A stretch of DNA of 49,170 bases, from the NCBI RefSeq assembly GCF_004010195.1, contig NC_057752.1:3487407-3536576 (forward strand), in the 5' to 3' direction. The notes beneath the pieces were generated by a model. It ran no database searches. It was not told the DNA's origin and saw only the letters and a program-made list of their open reading frames with translations. Within the stretch, counting starts at the first letter, position 1; each line of letters opens with the position of its first letter. The position numbers and the translations under genes were made by a program. The DNA is from Chiloscyllium plagiosum (taxonomy: Eukaryota). Below, one piece after another: positions 23,663-35,992 of the stretch.

Positions 23663-23866
23663 TACTTTATTTCATCGTGTCAGCATTATTCTTTCTCTCT
23701 CACGTGTTTATCCAGCTTCCCATTAAAGGTGTCATCCTTGTTTGTGAAGGGGACTGGCTTCCCCCACTGTCACTGAAGCAAAGTAGAGCAAGTATCCCCT
23801 TCAAGATGGTGCCAGTAAAATAATGTGACTTGGACCTAAGAAAACATTAACCTAACAGCACCATTT

Positions 23867-24185
23867 GGGCTGCACAGTGGCTCAGTGATTAGCACTGCTT
23901 CCTCACAGGGTTCGATTCCACCCTCAGGCGGCTGTCTGCGGGGGGGGGGGGTTGCACATTCTCCTCGTGTCTGCGTGAGTTTCCTCCTACAGTTCAAAGT
24001 TGTGCAGGCTTGTGTAGACTGGCCATGCTAATTTGCCCCATTGTGTCAAGGGATGTGCAGGCTAGGTGAGTTAGCCATGGGAAATGCAGGGTGATGGGGA
24101 GGTGGGTCTCGGTGGGGTGCTCTTCGGAGGGTCAGTGTGGAATCGATGGACCGAATGGCCTGCTGCCACACGGTCGGGATTCTAT
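23867..24185 (+). mobile_element. HE1-type SINE (diverged, about 2 tandem units)
   Basis: tRNA head and HER1-like tail. Confidence 0.85.
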
Positions 24186-24769
24186 CTCAACTGAAAGAAG
24201 TACCAGACGCCTGTGATTATGTAATGGTTTGAATTTGCCACCCACCTCAGAAAAATTCAAGTGCCCCTCTCCAGGGGCATCTGGGCACAGGTAAGAGACA
24301 GTGAGCACAATCTTACCACCAATGAAGGTTGGGCCCAAAAGCTGGAGCCAAGCAAACATAAGCTGATGAGATCTGCATTTACCCTCTCCCCTGTGAGTTG
24401 CGTCTTCTTGAAATTAATGAGCTCTCAAACCAAACAACCACACAGTGGTTTGCAGGCCTCCAGTCTAAAACAATGTCATTGTCAGCGGAAAGCTAGATCT
24501 GGATGGCACTGGGTGCTCGCCAACTTAACCGCCAAACCGCAGGATGCTTTCAGAAATGAAATATGACTTAGTTATTAACAAATAAGCTGATTTTTTTTTT
24601 CCTTTTGGTTTACCAGGAAGGGTTAAAGCAGAATTCAGTGAGAATCTGATCATTTATGTCCCTCAGCAAGTATGAAAAGGTTGGCACAAAAGGTGCTCTG
24701 GTACCTTATCAGATTTTTTGAACCCATCCTGTCCAATGACTTACTTCTCTTGTAGCAGCTGGTATGTTT

Positions 24770-25088
24770 GGGGGCAGCACGGTGGCTCAGTGGTTAGCAC
24801 TGCTGCCTCACAGGGACTTGGGTTCGATTCCAGCCTCGGGCAACTGTCTGCGTGGAGTTTACACATTCTCCCAGTGTTTGCGTGGGTTTCCTCTGGGTGC
24901 TCCAGTTTCCTCTCATAACCCAAAGATGTGCAGTTTTGGTGAATTGGCCATGCTAAGTTGCCCATTGTGTTAGTCAGTGAATAAATATCGGGTAGGGGAA
25001 TGAGTCTGGGTGGGTTACTCTTTGGAGGGTTGGTGTGGACTAGTTGGGCTGAAGGGCCTGTTTCCATACTGTAGGGAATTGAATCTAA
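24770..25088 (+). mobile_element. HE1-type SINE
   Basis: tRNA head and HER1-like tail. Confidence 0.93.
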
Positions 25089-25334
25089 TGTTGGAAGGGG
25101 TGGTTTTCCACACAGCAAGATCCCATAAGGAGCAAACAAATGAATGATCAGTTCCTCCATTTCCACTGTTGCTGGTTCAGGATAGAATATTGGGACCAGG
25201 ATGCTTCAAAGAATGGAATTTCATCAAATTGTTACATTTTCAAACCAAGCGGGGGGTAGGGGGTTGCTTTTCAGGAAGGACACTCCTGAAAGAGTTATTT
25301 TTATTCACTGGACTGGGAAAAACAAGTAAATGGC

Positions 25335-25508
25335 CAGAGGAACCTCGATTATTCGGCATCTGGTTAGCCGAATGTCGGATTATCCGGCAAGATCGCAAGG
25401 TCCCAATGCTCGATTAAACTGTGTTATCCGGCATTCGATTATTTGGAATTCAGTTAACCGGACGGAATACTGCCCGCCAGTGTCCTATGGATAATCGAGG
25501 TTCCTCTG
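25335..25508. mobile_element. 174-bp MITE, pogo/Tigger (Tc1-mariner)-like
   Basis: Perfect 18-bp terminal inverted repeats cagaggaacctcgattat / ataatcgaggttcctctg, TA on the right flank, and internal repeats of gattatccgg-like motifs. Confidence 0.8.
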
Positions 25509-28002
25509 TACTGGATTGAGTGCTGTGCAATGAGGCAGACTTGATAAGGGAGCTTAAGGTGAAGGAATCCTTAGGAGGCAGTGATCATAATATGATTGAA
25601 TTTACTCTGCAATTTGAGAGGGAGAAGATAGAATCAGAGGTAACCGTATTATAGCTGAATAAAGGCAACTACAGAGGCATGAGGTACAATTGATTGGGAG
25701 GAGAGCCTAGCAGGAAAGACAGTGGAACAGTAATGGCTGGCGTTTCTGGGAGTAACTCAGAAGACACAGAGATTCATGCCGAGAAAAAAGAAGCATGGTA
25801 CAGGGAGGGTGAGGCAACCATCCATGGCTGACGAGGGAAGTCAGGGGTAGTATAAAAGCAAAAGAGAAAAGAGTGGGGAAGAACAGTGGGAAACTAGAGG
25901 ATTGGGAAGCTTACAAAGACCAACTGAGGGCAACAAAGAAAGAAATAAGGGGGAGAAGATTAAGTATGAGGGTAAGCTAGCCAGTAATATAAAGGAAGAC
26001 TGTAAGAGTTTCTTTAGAGATATAAAGGGCAAAAGTGAGGCAAAGGTGGACACTGGGCCACTGGAAAATGATGCTGGAGAGATAGTAATGGGGAACAAGG
26101 AAATGGCTGAAGAACTGAATAATTACTTCATGTCAGTCTTCATGGTGGAAGACATGAGTAATATTCCAAACATTCAAGAGAGTGAGGGGACAGAGCTGAC
26201 TATGGTGGCCACCACCAAAGAGAAGGTGCTCGAAAAACTGAATGACCTGAAAGTGGATAAATCACCTGGACCAGATGGACTACACCCCAGAGTTCTAAAG
26301 GAGATATCTGAAGAGATAGTAGAGGAGTTAGTGGTGATCTTTCAGGAGTCACTAGAATCAGGAGGGTCCCAGAGGACTGGAAAATCACTAATGTGACATC
26401 CCTGCTTAAAAAGGGAGTAAGGCAAAAGATGGAAAATTACAGGCCGATTAGCCTAACCTCAGTTATGGGTAAGATTTTGGAATGCATTGTGAAGGATGAG
26501 ATTTCTGAATGCTTGGAAGTGTATGGTAAAATAGGGCAAAGTCAGCCTGGTTTCATCAAGGGGAGGTCATGCCTGACAAATCTGTTAGAATTCTTTGAGG
26601 AAATAACAAGCAGGTTAGACTCAGGAGAGTCAATGCACTTTATCTACCTGGACTTCAAGAAGGTCTTTGGCAAGGTACCACAATGACTGAAAATGTGTTG
26701 CTGGAAAAGCGCAGCAGGTCAGGCAGCCTCCAAGGAACAGGAGAATCGACGTTTCGGGCATAAGCCCTACTTCAGGCTTATGCCCGAAAAGTCGATTCTC
26801 CTGTTCCTTGGAGGCTGCCTGACCTGCTGCGCTTTTCCAGCAACACATTTTCAGCTCTGATCTCCAGCATCTGCAGCCCTCACTTTCTCCTCGAAGAAGG
26901 TACCACAAGGAAGCTACTGAGTAAGATAAGGGCCCATGGTGTCAGAGGCAAGGTGCTGGCATGGATAGAAGCTTGGCTGTCTGGCAGAAAGCAGCGAGTA
27001 GGGATAAAAGGGTCCTTCTCAGGATGGCAGCCAGTGACGTGGTGCTCCACAAGGCTCAGCGTTGTGACCTCAACTTTTCACTTTATATATTAACGATCGA
27101 GATGAAGGAACTGAGGGCATTCTGGCTAAGTTTGCAAATGGTACAAAGATAGGTAGAGGGACAGGTAGCATTGAGGAGGCGGGGAGGCTGCAGAAGGATT
27201 TGAACGGGTTAGGAGAGTGGGCAAAGAAGTGGCCGATGAAATACAACGTGGGAAAGTGTGAGGTCATGCACCTTGGTAGGAAGAATAAAGGCCTGGGCTA
27301 TTTTCTAAATGGGGAGAGAATTCAGAAATCTGAAGTGCAAAGAGACTTGGGAGTTCTAGTCCAGGATTCCCTCAAGGTAAATTTGAAGATTGAATCAGTA
27401 GTTAGGAAGGCAAATACAATGATGGCATTTATTTTGAGAAGACTTGAATATAAAAGCAGGGATATACTTCTGAGGCTCGATAAGGCTCTGGTCAGACCAC
27501 ATTTAGAGAATTGAGAGCAGTTTTGGGTCCCATATCTCAGGAAGGATGTACAGGCCCTGGAGCGTGTCCAGAGACGGTTCACGAGAATGGTGCCAGGAAT
27601 GAAAGGATTAACATATGAGGAATGTTTGAGGACTCTGGGACTATACTCAATGTAGTTTAGAAGGATGAGGGGGGATCTGATTGAAACTTACAGAATACTG
27701 AATGGCCTGGACAGAGTGGATGTTGGGAAGAGTAAATGGAAGACCTTTTAGAATGAAGATAAGGAGAAACTTCTTCAGCCAGAGAGTGGTAAATCGATGG
27801 AATTCACTGCCACAGAAGGCGGTGGAGGCCCAGTCATTGAGGATATTTAAGACTGAGATAGATAGGTTCTTGATTGTAAAGGGGATCCAGGGTTACGAGG
27901 AGAGCGGGAGAATGCGGATGAGAAACTTATCAGCCATGATTGAATGGAGGAGCAGACTCGATGGGCTGAATGGCCTAATTTCTGCTCCTAGGTCTTATGG
28001 GC
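25509..28002 (+). mobile_element. Long CR1 ORF2 pseudogene fragment (end of endonuclease, RT, 3' tail)
   Basis: KSPGPDGLHPRVLKE, NYRPISLTSV, RSCLTNLLEFFE, YLDFKK, KCEVMHLG and FFSQRVVNRWNSLP, with many stops and frameshifts. Confidence 0.95.
26684..26896. mobile_element. Penelope-like fold-back, family A, with a perfect 12-bp TSD inside the CR1 RT
   Basis: 80-bp arms at 26687-26766 and 26775-26854 (1 mismatch); TSD aaggtaccacaa at 26672-26683 and 26897-26908. Confidence 0.9.
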
Positions 28003-28076
28003 TTACAAACAATTGTGTGCAGAGAGGTGCAGAGCATTGGAAACATTAATATGAGGCACCCATACACATATTACTG

Positions 28077-28137
28077 GGATCCTCAAACTACAATGATTCA
28101 CGGTAGATGTCAGAAATCGTGCCTGCTGACTATTAGC
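28077..28137. repeat. 61-bp direct repeat, copy 1
   Basis: Identical to 29100-29160. Confidence 0.95.
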
Positions 28138-28726
28138 TTCTTAACATTATATCCTGGAATGGGAACAGGAAAAGCACTTCTCAACAAGATGCGAGTTGGA
28201 AACGAGATTCGGCTGAACCAGTCCAGCAAGTTCACTCCTTCCAAGTGGAAAGCTGCCTGAAGTCAGTGACTGTTTCCCTTCCACCCTCTTCCTAACTGCC
28301 GCGTCAATCAGGTCGGAGAGTCAGGAAGCTCCTCAAGTGGAGAGTCAACCTTGAGCGAGAGCCCCAGTTCTCCACGTAGTACGGTCGCTGACACTGGTTG
28401 GATGCATTCCCAGATGGACAAGGCTTCCATCACCATCCCCACCGTGGTCAGTTGACAATCCCAAACCTTGTCAAGGTACTGGGACCATGAGGCGTGGTCG
28501 CTGGAATGCTAAACACGGTTAGTCAGTCGGGATGGCTGGTTTCCCAGGACAGCCAGACCTGTGCAACACCGTCATCATTTGGGGGGGGGAAACAGAGTGG
28601 CAATCAGCAGTTAATCTGAACAACACCAACCTCTAGCCCATCTGGGGCAGGGGGAGGCATCAGATTGAGTCATGCTCCTCCCATCTGTCTTGCCTGCCTC
28701 ATGTCCTGAAGAGCTAATCAGAGAAT

Positions 28727-29040
28727 TTAGAATCCTTACAGTGTGGAATCAGGCCATTCAGCCCATTGAGTCCACCTCCCAAACAGCATCCCACTCTCCC
28801 CCCCCTCCCAGTAACCCTGCATTCCCCCACCAAGCCTATGCTTCCCCGGGCACGATGGACAATTTAGCGTGGTCAGTCCACCCTGACCTGCACACCTTTG
28901 GACTGTGGGAGAAAACCCACACAGACACGGGGAGGAGAATGTACAAACTCCACACAGACAGTCAGTCACCCGAGGCTGGAATCGAACCCAGATCCCTGGT
29001 GCTGAGGCAGCAGTGCTAACCACTGAGCCACCATGCCACC
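28727..29040 (-). mobile_element. HE1-type SINE
   Basis: Reverse-complement head and tail. Confidence 0.9.
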
Positions 29041-29099
29041 CTTGCTCAGGCCTGTTGCACCACTGAGTTTAGCATAGTTTCAAATGTCCCATCCCCTGT

Positions 29100-29160
29100 G
29101 GATCCTCAAACTACAATGATTCACGGTAGATGTCAGAAATCGTGCCTGCTGACTATTAGC
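29100..29160. repeat. 61-bp direct repeat, copy 2
   Basis: Identical to 28077-28137. Confidence 0.95.
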
Positions 29161-29399
29161 CCACTGCCCCCAACCCACTGCCCCCAACCCTGAGGATGCT
29201 CCTTCTGTACAGTCCACAATGCTGCCTGGCTCCTTCCCTCAGTGAGCCTGAGAGGGAGGGTGGATAACTATGAGAGAGAGAGAGTGATAGTAACTGAGTA
29301 TGTACAACAGAGTACAAGGGAGTGAGGGCTACAGACAGCACGAGGGAGCACGCAGGAGTGTTGAAATGGTATAGCTTGGAAATGTGGCAGCCAAATCCA

Positions 29400-29650
29400 A
29401 ACTAGCATGCTGATTATCACCAGATAATCCGCTGTGGCGATGCTGACTGAGGGAGAAATATTGGCGAGGAGACATGGGTTAAATCCTTCAAAACTGTACC
29501 CTGGCATCTTTTAAGGCCTGTGTGGGAAGATGAGGCCTCTCTTTCAATGACAGCACATCCAACAGTGCAGCGTTCCCTTTGATTTTGTGTTCAAGTGAGA
29601 TTAGGAAGTCTCAAACCTTCCGAATGGAAGTGTTGCCGACTGATCCGGCT
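29400..29650 (-). mobile_element. Deu-domain SINE remnant
   Basis: accagataatccgct..gactgagggagaaatattggc..gacagcacatccaacagtgcagcgttccct. Confidence 0.6.
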
Positions 29651-29941
29651 CTTGCCAAGCTTCATGCTCAAATAACGCGGAGAGCTTTTTTCTTTCTGAA
29701 TGAAAAGTCTCACGACTCCCCTTTTAACGAGCGTGCCGCAGCACCAGGAACAACGAATTAGGAAGGATTTCAGCAGCTTTTGTTTGTGGCTTCACTATCC
29801 ATTAAATGGATAAGCATCCATTAGAACACTGAATAACAGGCTTAGAGGAGGAGGAGGAGGTATTCTTCAGTCTGGGAGTGTGAAACAACCGAATTGGCAC
29901 CGGCAGAGACAAACCAGAGTTTTCCAGCGGTACTGTCATTG

Positions 29942-30248
29942 TAGATTAGATTAGATTCCCTACAGCATGGAAACAGGCCGTTTGGCCCAACCAGCCCACA
30001 CCGACCCTCCAAACAGTAACTCATTTCCCCTCTGACTAGTGCACCTAGCACTATGGGTAATTTAGCATGGCCAATTCACCTAACCTGCACATTCTTGGAC
30101 TGTGGGAGAAAACCGGAGCACCCGGAGGAAACCCACGCAGACACGGGAAGTACAAACTTCACACAGACAGTTGCCCGAGGATGGAATCGAACCTGGGAGC
30201 CGAGTGCTGTGAGGCAGCAGTGCCAACCACTGAGCCACTGCGCCGACC
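29942..30248 (-). mobile_element. HE1-type SINE
   Basis: (tagat)n tail and tRNA head. Confidence 0.93.
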
Positions 30249-30364
30249 ACTGAACCCATTTAGTGAACCCATTCATCTCCAGGCCACTGTCGGAGCGCTG
30301 GTTTCGGATTTTTCCCCTCCAGAGTTTTATGGCTCCGTTGTTTTGAGACTGCGTACGATCCATG

Positions 30365-30915
30365 TGAAAGAAGACCACACCTGGAGGATTGGGCCCAGTT
30401 CTGGTCTCCTTGCTTTGGGAAGGATGTTCTGGCTTTGGAGGTGATGCAGAGGAGATTCGTCAGGTTGACTCTGGAGATGAGGGGGTTACCCTATGAGGAA
30501 AGGTTGAGCTGCCTGGGACTGTACTCGCTAGAATTTAGATGAATTTATAGGAACATATAAAACGATGGAAGGGATGCATAAGATAGAGACAGGCAAGTTG
30601 TTTCCGATGGTGGGTGAGACTCGGACTAGGGGACATGACCTCAAGATCAGGGGACGTAGATTTAGCAGAGAGATGAGGAGGAACTGCTTCTCTCATAGAG
30701 TAGTGAATCTGTGGAATTCTCTGCCCGAGGAAGGAGTAGAGGCAGCTTTATTAAATATATTCAAGACACCGTTGGATGGGTGTTTGCACGGTCGGGGAAT
30801 TAAGGGTGATGGGGATACTGCAGGTAGGAGGAGCCGAGACGATGGATAGGTCAGCCCTGATCTTAATGAATGGCAGAGCAGGCTCGACGGGCCAAATGGC
30901 CTACCCCTGCTACGA
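30365..30915 (+). mobile_element. CR1 3' fragment
   Basis: TRTRGHDLKIRG..FSHRVVNLWNSLP. Confidence 0.9.
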
Positions 30916-30962
30916 TGAAGTGATGTCACCAAACAGGAAGACCATTGCGACTGTAATGTTGT

Positions 30963-31178
30963 TGTAGTCATTGGAACAAAGTCAGCCGGGTGGATCGCAT
31001 TGAGTATGAGATTGGGGCTGGGGCCAATCAGGGAGCCCTGGGCTAACAGGCAGAAACAGGAGGGTCAGGGGTTCTCCTCACTCTAGGGACTTACTCTGAA
31101 CTGGGCTGGTCAGAGTCCATGTGCTGTGCACGTGTAAACAAAGGATGATGGGATACCGGCCTCCCTGGAGTTATTTCA
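30963..31178 (+). mobile_element. Probable short solo LTR
   Basis: TG...CA ends with a 5-bp TSD gttgt (30958-30962 and 31179-31183), a CCAAT box and a degenerate polyA signal (gtaaacaaagg). Confidence 0.55.
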
Positions 31179-31667
31179 GTTGTGGTATTGAATTGATGTT
31201 GTACTGTGAGTCTGCTGACATGGAGGAAGGCTTTTGGTGCAAAAGGACATCTGGTTTAATGTTGTTAGACTTTATCACCACACTGGCTGGGCAAATCCAC
31301 TCTCTGTAAGGACACGACATCACACCACGCTGTTTCACACTGGCGCATCAACCCCACACTAAATCGATTTCTCTTTCAACATAAATTTCAGAGTAGCCTC
31401 TCGGCATTTATGTTGCTGCATGCAAGGAATCGGATCGAATCTCCTCTTCAGGCAGACGCTGAGCTCCTCACCCTTTTCTGTTAAATCTTTCATGGCTTCC
31501 GTTTGTCATTGCTGAATTGCTTGTCAGTACGGGAATTATTAGAGACTTTATTGGATGAACTGTGTGACAATGCTGTCACTTTAAAAAGGTCATTTTGTCC
31601 TTGGTTGTTTTGAAGCGGGGTTGTAAAGGCAGAGGTGCCGAGGAATCTAGTTTAACAATGGAAGGGG

Positions 31668-31813
31668 GACAGATTAGAGTGGTGCTGGAAAAGCACAATA
31701 GGTCAGGCAGCATCCGAGGAGCAGGATTCTCCTGCTCCTCGGATGCTGCCTGACCTGCTGTGCTTTTCCAGCACCACTCTAATCTCCAGCAAGTGCAGGC
31801 CTCACTTTCGCCT
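31668..31813. mobile_element. Penelope-like fold-back, family A, ribozyme core deleted, 11-bp TSD
   Basis: 56-bp arms at 31671-31726 and 31730-31785 with a 3-nt loop; TSD aatggaagggg at 31657-31667 and 31814-31824. Confidence 0.88.
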
Positions 31814-31939
31814 AATGGAAGGGGAATAGCCGGTTTTCCCAGTTCAGGCTTTTTCTACTTTGTTTTTAGCTGCAGCAATCACGAGATATGTGAGTCCAGG
31901 GGAGTTGCAAGCTTTGATTTGCTCCGAAATCTATCTCTG

Positions 31940-32243
31940 GATTAGATTAGATTACATTACAGTGTGGAAACAGGCCCTTCGGCCCAACAAGTCCACACTG
32001 ACCCGCCGAAGCGCAACCCACCCATACCCCTACATTTACCCCTTACCTAACACTACGGACAATTTAGCATGGCCAATTCACCTGACCTGCACATCTTTGG
32101 ACTGTGGGAGGAAACCGGAGCACCCGGAGGAAACCCACGCAGACACGGGGAGAATGCGCAAACTCGCCTGAGGCGGGAATTGAACCCGGGTCTCAGGCGC
32201 TGTGAGGCAGCAGTGCTAACCACTGTGCCACCGTGCCGCCCAC
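31940..32243 (-). mobile_element. HE1-type SINE (very similar to the copy at 8380-8692)
   Basis: Same body as the 8380 copy apart from a short deletion after aaactc. Confidence 0.95.
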
Positions 32244-32574
32244 ACGGGCGTTGCTCCCTCCCACTGTAAGAATCTGTGTTTGAATTTACCATTTTGCCAA
32301 GGGGTGTGTTGACAGTATTGGCACAGTTAATTAGTACTGGTTACTGTATCAGGATCAGTTACGTTTTACAATAGCTAAGAAATTCTAAATTCCGCTTTCT
32401 TTCAACTGGAGTGTTTAAATAAATTCTGTTTTGCTTAAAGCCGAGTGGTTTGACCAGCTGCGTCACGCCTGGGGCACCCACTTCACATTTACCTTTAGAA
32501 ATAAGAAAAAGTTGGGCTCTAGGCTAGCTTCTTAAAATATTTTGAGGGGGGGGTCTGGTCTGGTCTAGTCCCAA

Positions 32575-32890
32575 GGGCGGCACGGTGGCTCAGTGGTTAG
32601 CACTTCTGCCTCACAGCACCAGGGACCCAGGTTCGATTCCAGCCTTGGGCCACTGTCTGTGTGGAGTTTGCGCATTCTCCCCGTGTCTGCGTGGGTGTCC
32701 TCCGGGTGCTCCGGTTTCCTCCCACAGTCCAAAGATGTGCAACGGTCAGGTGAATTGGCTGTGCTCAATTGCCCGTAGTATTAGGTGCATTAGTCAGAGG
32801 GAAATGGGTCTGGGTGGGTTACTCTTTGGAGGGCCGGGGTGGACTGGTTGGGCCGAAGGGCCTGTTTCCACACTGTAGGGAATCGAATTG
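32575..32890 (+). mobile_element. HE1-type SINE
   Basis: gggcggcacggtggctcagtggttagc head and HER1-like tail. Confidence 0.95.
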
Positions 32891-33496
32891 AAATAGCAAC
32901 TGGCTCGATGGAGTCGAACAGTGGCCAGGAGATAAAAATTAAAAAATGCTGGAGATCACCAGTGGGTCAGACAGCATCCATGGGGGGAAGCTATAGATAT
33001 TGCAAGTAGTGAACTAATGTTGTAAAGTGTGAGGGGAGCTGGTACATTCAGAAGAGCAGAGACCGGGCTAACGTCACATTTATTTCTTCTTCCTCTCCCT
33101 CATCGAGTGCAGGGTCAAAGCAACAATGAACCAGCTGCTCCCTGCCACCACTTTAACTGGCTTCCTTGGGAATATTCAAGCAGTGCCAAGGCAGAAATCA
33201 CACAGTGCAAGTTTCAACCACTGGCTGTTTATCTACTCCTGCCAGTCATGTGCAATCCTGCTGAGTCGGCAATGTAAATATGGCTGATTGCACAGACAGC
33301 AAGGCTGCTTCCGAACTGCTTCTGGATCCAGTGGGTGTCGGAGCTGGAAAACTCAGAGACCGAGCAACATAATCCGGGGAATTCAAATTCAAGTCCTTGC
33401 CATTATTTCTTTTTAAGAAAGGTCAATCAAATCTAATATCTCTTAAGAAAAGAATAAGCATGTGCTTTCAGTTTGTTGTGAACTAAATCAATGATG

Positions 33497-34053
33497 TCAT
33501 AGTCTTACAGCACAGAAACAGACCCTTCGGTCCAACCCGTCCATGCCGACCAGATATCCCAACCCAATCTAGTCCCACCTGCCAGCACCCGGCCCATATT
33601 CCTCCAAACCCTTCCTATTCATATACCCATCCAGATGCCTTTTAAATATTGCAGTTGTGCCAGCCTCCACCACTTCCTCTGGCAGCTCATTCCATACACG
33701 TACCACCCTCTGCGTGAAAAAGTTAACCCTTAGGTTCCTTTTATATCTTTCCCCTCTCACCCTAAACCTATGCCCTCTAGTTCTGGACTCCCCCACCCCA
33801 GGGAAAAGACTTTGCCTATTTACCCTATCCATGCCCCTCATAATTTTATAAACCTCTATAAGGTCACCCCTCAGCCTCCGACGCTCCAGGTAAAACAGCC
33901 CCAGCCTGTTCAGCCTCTCCCTATAGCTCAAACCCTCCAACCCTGGCAACATCCTTGTAAATTCTTTCTGAACCCTTTCAAGTTTCACAACATCTTTCCG
34001 ATAGGAAGGAGACCAGAATTGCACGCAATATTCCAACAGTGGCCTAACCAATG
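33497..34053 (-). mobile_element. HER1/CR1 3' fragment
   Basis: [29 protein letters not shown]. Confidence 0.95.
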
Positions 34054-34137
34054 TGACTAGATTGGGTTGGGATATCTGGTCAGCATGGATGGGTTGGACC
34101 GAAGGGTCTGCTTCCGTGCTGTACATCTCTATGACTC
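34054..34137 (+). mobile_element. HER1 3' tail in opposite orientation, fused to the 5' truncation point of the previous copy
   Basis: gactagattgggttgggatatctgg..ctctatgactc. Confidence 0.85.
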
Positions 34138-34364
34138 GATATGGTCAGGCATGGCACTGCTAGTGCTGGACTTTGAAGCAGCCCCTATACCAGCTGGGGC
34201 TCTATCAGATCACCATTGGACCATGGACCACACTTTGAGAATCACTGTCCTAGCTGTCCCCTGAAGTGGGCTGGCAAAGCCAATTCGTTGTATCCAGCTC
34301 AACTAGGAATGGGAATGGGCACCACAGGTAGACAGGATGGTGATGAAGTCATTTGGCACACTCA

Positions 34365-34922
34365 CCTCATTGGTCAGAGTATTGAGTATAAGAGTTGGAA
34401 GGTCATGTTGCAGCTGTACAGGACATTGGTGAGGCCACTTTTGGAATACTGTGTGCAGTTCTGGTCGACCTGCTATCGGAAGGATATTATCAAATTGGAG
34501 AGGGTGCAGAAAAGATTTACAAGGATGTTACCAGGTCTGGAGAGTTTGAGTTGAAAGGAGAGGCTGGATAGGTTGGGAGTTTTTTTTTAACCCTGCAGCA
34601 TTGGAAGCTGAGGGGTGACTTTATAGAGGTTTATAAAATCATGAGGGGCGTGGATAGGGTGAACAGCAAAGGTCTTTTGATGTGGGTAGGGAAGTTAAAA
34701 ACTCGAGGGCATGGGTTTAAGGTGAGAGGAAAAAGATTTACAAGGGGCAAACCTTTCCACACAGAGGGCGGTTTGTGTGTGGAATGAGCTGCCAGAGGAA
34801 GTGGAAGTTACAATTACAACATTTAAAAGACATTTGGACGGGTACATGAATAGAGAAACCTGGTCAGCATGGACGAGTTGGACCGAAGGGTCTGTTTCTG
34901 TGCTGTATGAATCTGTGACTCT
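34365..34922 (+). mobile_element. HER1/CR1 3' fragment
   Basis: [32 protein letters not shown]. Confidence 0.92.
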
Positions 34923-35489
34923 CTTCATGCCTGTCATGACAACAGTGCCCAAATTCCAAGAATGTTTTTTTTAAACCATGAAAAATGCAACAGAATCCGG
35001 CTTATGCTGGAGTGACATCAGTATCCAAGAGACTTACAGACATATGATCACTTGAAACATAAGCGCATTTATCAAAATGTTTGTTTCTTTCAGGAACAAG
35101 AAACCTTTAAACATTGGTTTGCTGTTCATACAAAGTGCTACTGGGAATAAATGTCCAAACTGAAGCATCGCATTACCTGGAAGTGTTCTCACTTGACCTG
35201 CAGAAAGCTTTTGTGAATACATTTATTTTAACAAGTCTTCAAATTGTGATGATGCGATTATTTGCCAAAAGACAACAGTGAATAAATGAGATCTCAGCCC
35301 CACTATCAACTAACACTGTCTGACTTCTGCTTCAGTCAGTTAAAAAGCAGATTAATAACAAGTTGTTTTGCTATGGCTTGAGGCCTTAACATCTTGGTAA
35401 GTTCAAGAATGTGGCGCAAAAACTGACTTTGGTGACCAGAAGGACCACTTTATAGGGAGGACACATCGCAAGGTTTATGAGGGATCTGT

Positions 35490-35992
35490 TAGAGTCCTGC
35501 AGCATGGAAACAGACCCCTCAGTCCAACACGTCCATGCCAACCAAGTTTCTCAAACTAAACTAGGCCCATTTGCCTGTGTGTGGCCCATATCTCTCTAAA
35601 TCTTTCCTATTCACGTACCTGTCCAAGTGCCTTTTAAATGTTGTAATTGTACCTGCATCTACAACTTCCTCTGGCAGTTTATCCCACACACAAACCACCC
35701 TTTGCATGAAAATATTGCCCCTCAAGTCCCATTTAAATCTTTCCCCCTCACCTTAAACCTATGTCCTCTAGATGTGGACTCCCCTACCCCAGGAAAAACA
35801 ACTTTGCTGTTCATCTTATCTCTACCCCTCATGATTTTATAAACCTTGATAAGGTCACCCCTCAGCCTCTGACATTCCAGGGAAAAATGTCCCGGCCTAG
35901 TCAGCCTCTCCTTATAACTCAAGCCCGCAACGTGTCTGTAAACCTTTTCTGAACTCTTTCCAATTGAATAATATCTTTCCTCTAGCAGGGCG
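35490..35992 (-). mobile_element. HER1/CR1 3' fragment
   Basis: RLRGDLIKVYKIMRG..RGHRFKVRG. Confidence 0.9.

Larger units (their letters stand above)
31563..32898 (+). mobile_element. Probable Gypsy-type solo LTR with three nested insertions
   Basis: Starts tgtgaca and ends atagca, with a 4-bp TSD actg (31559-31562 and 32899-32902) and AATAAA at about 32418. Confidence 0.65.

Noticed and set aside
28300..28430. Minus-strand WGSRSRLTL resembling an antigen-receptor J segment
   Set aside because: It lacks the WGxG glycine, and no RSS heptamer/nonamer or splice donor was seen.
32575..32645. tRNA genes suggested by A/B boxes
   Set aside because: These are SINE heads continuing into the HE1 body and LINE-derived tail; there is no full cloverleaf or terminator.
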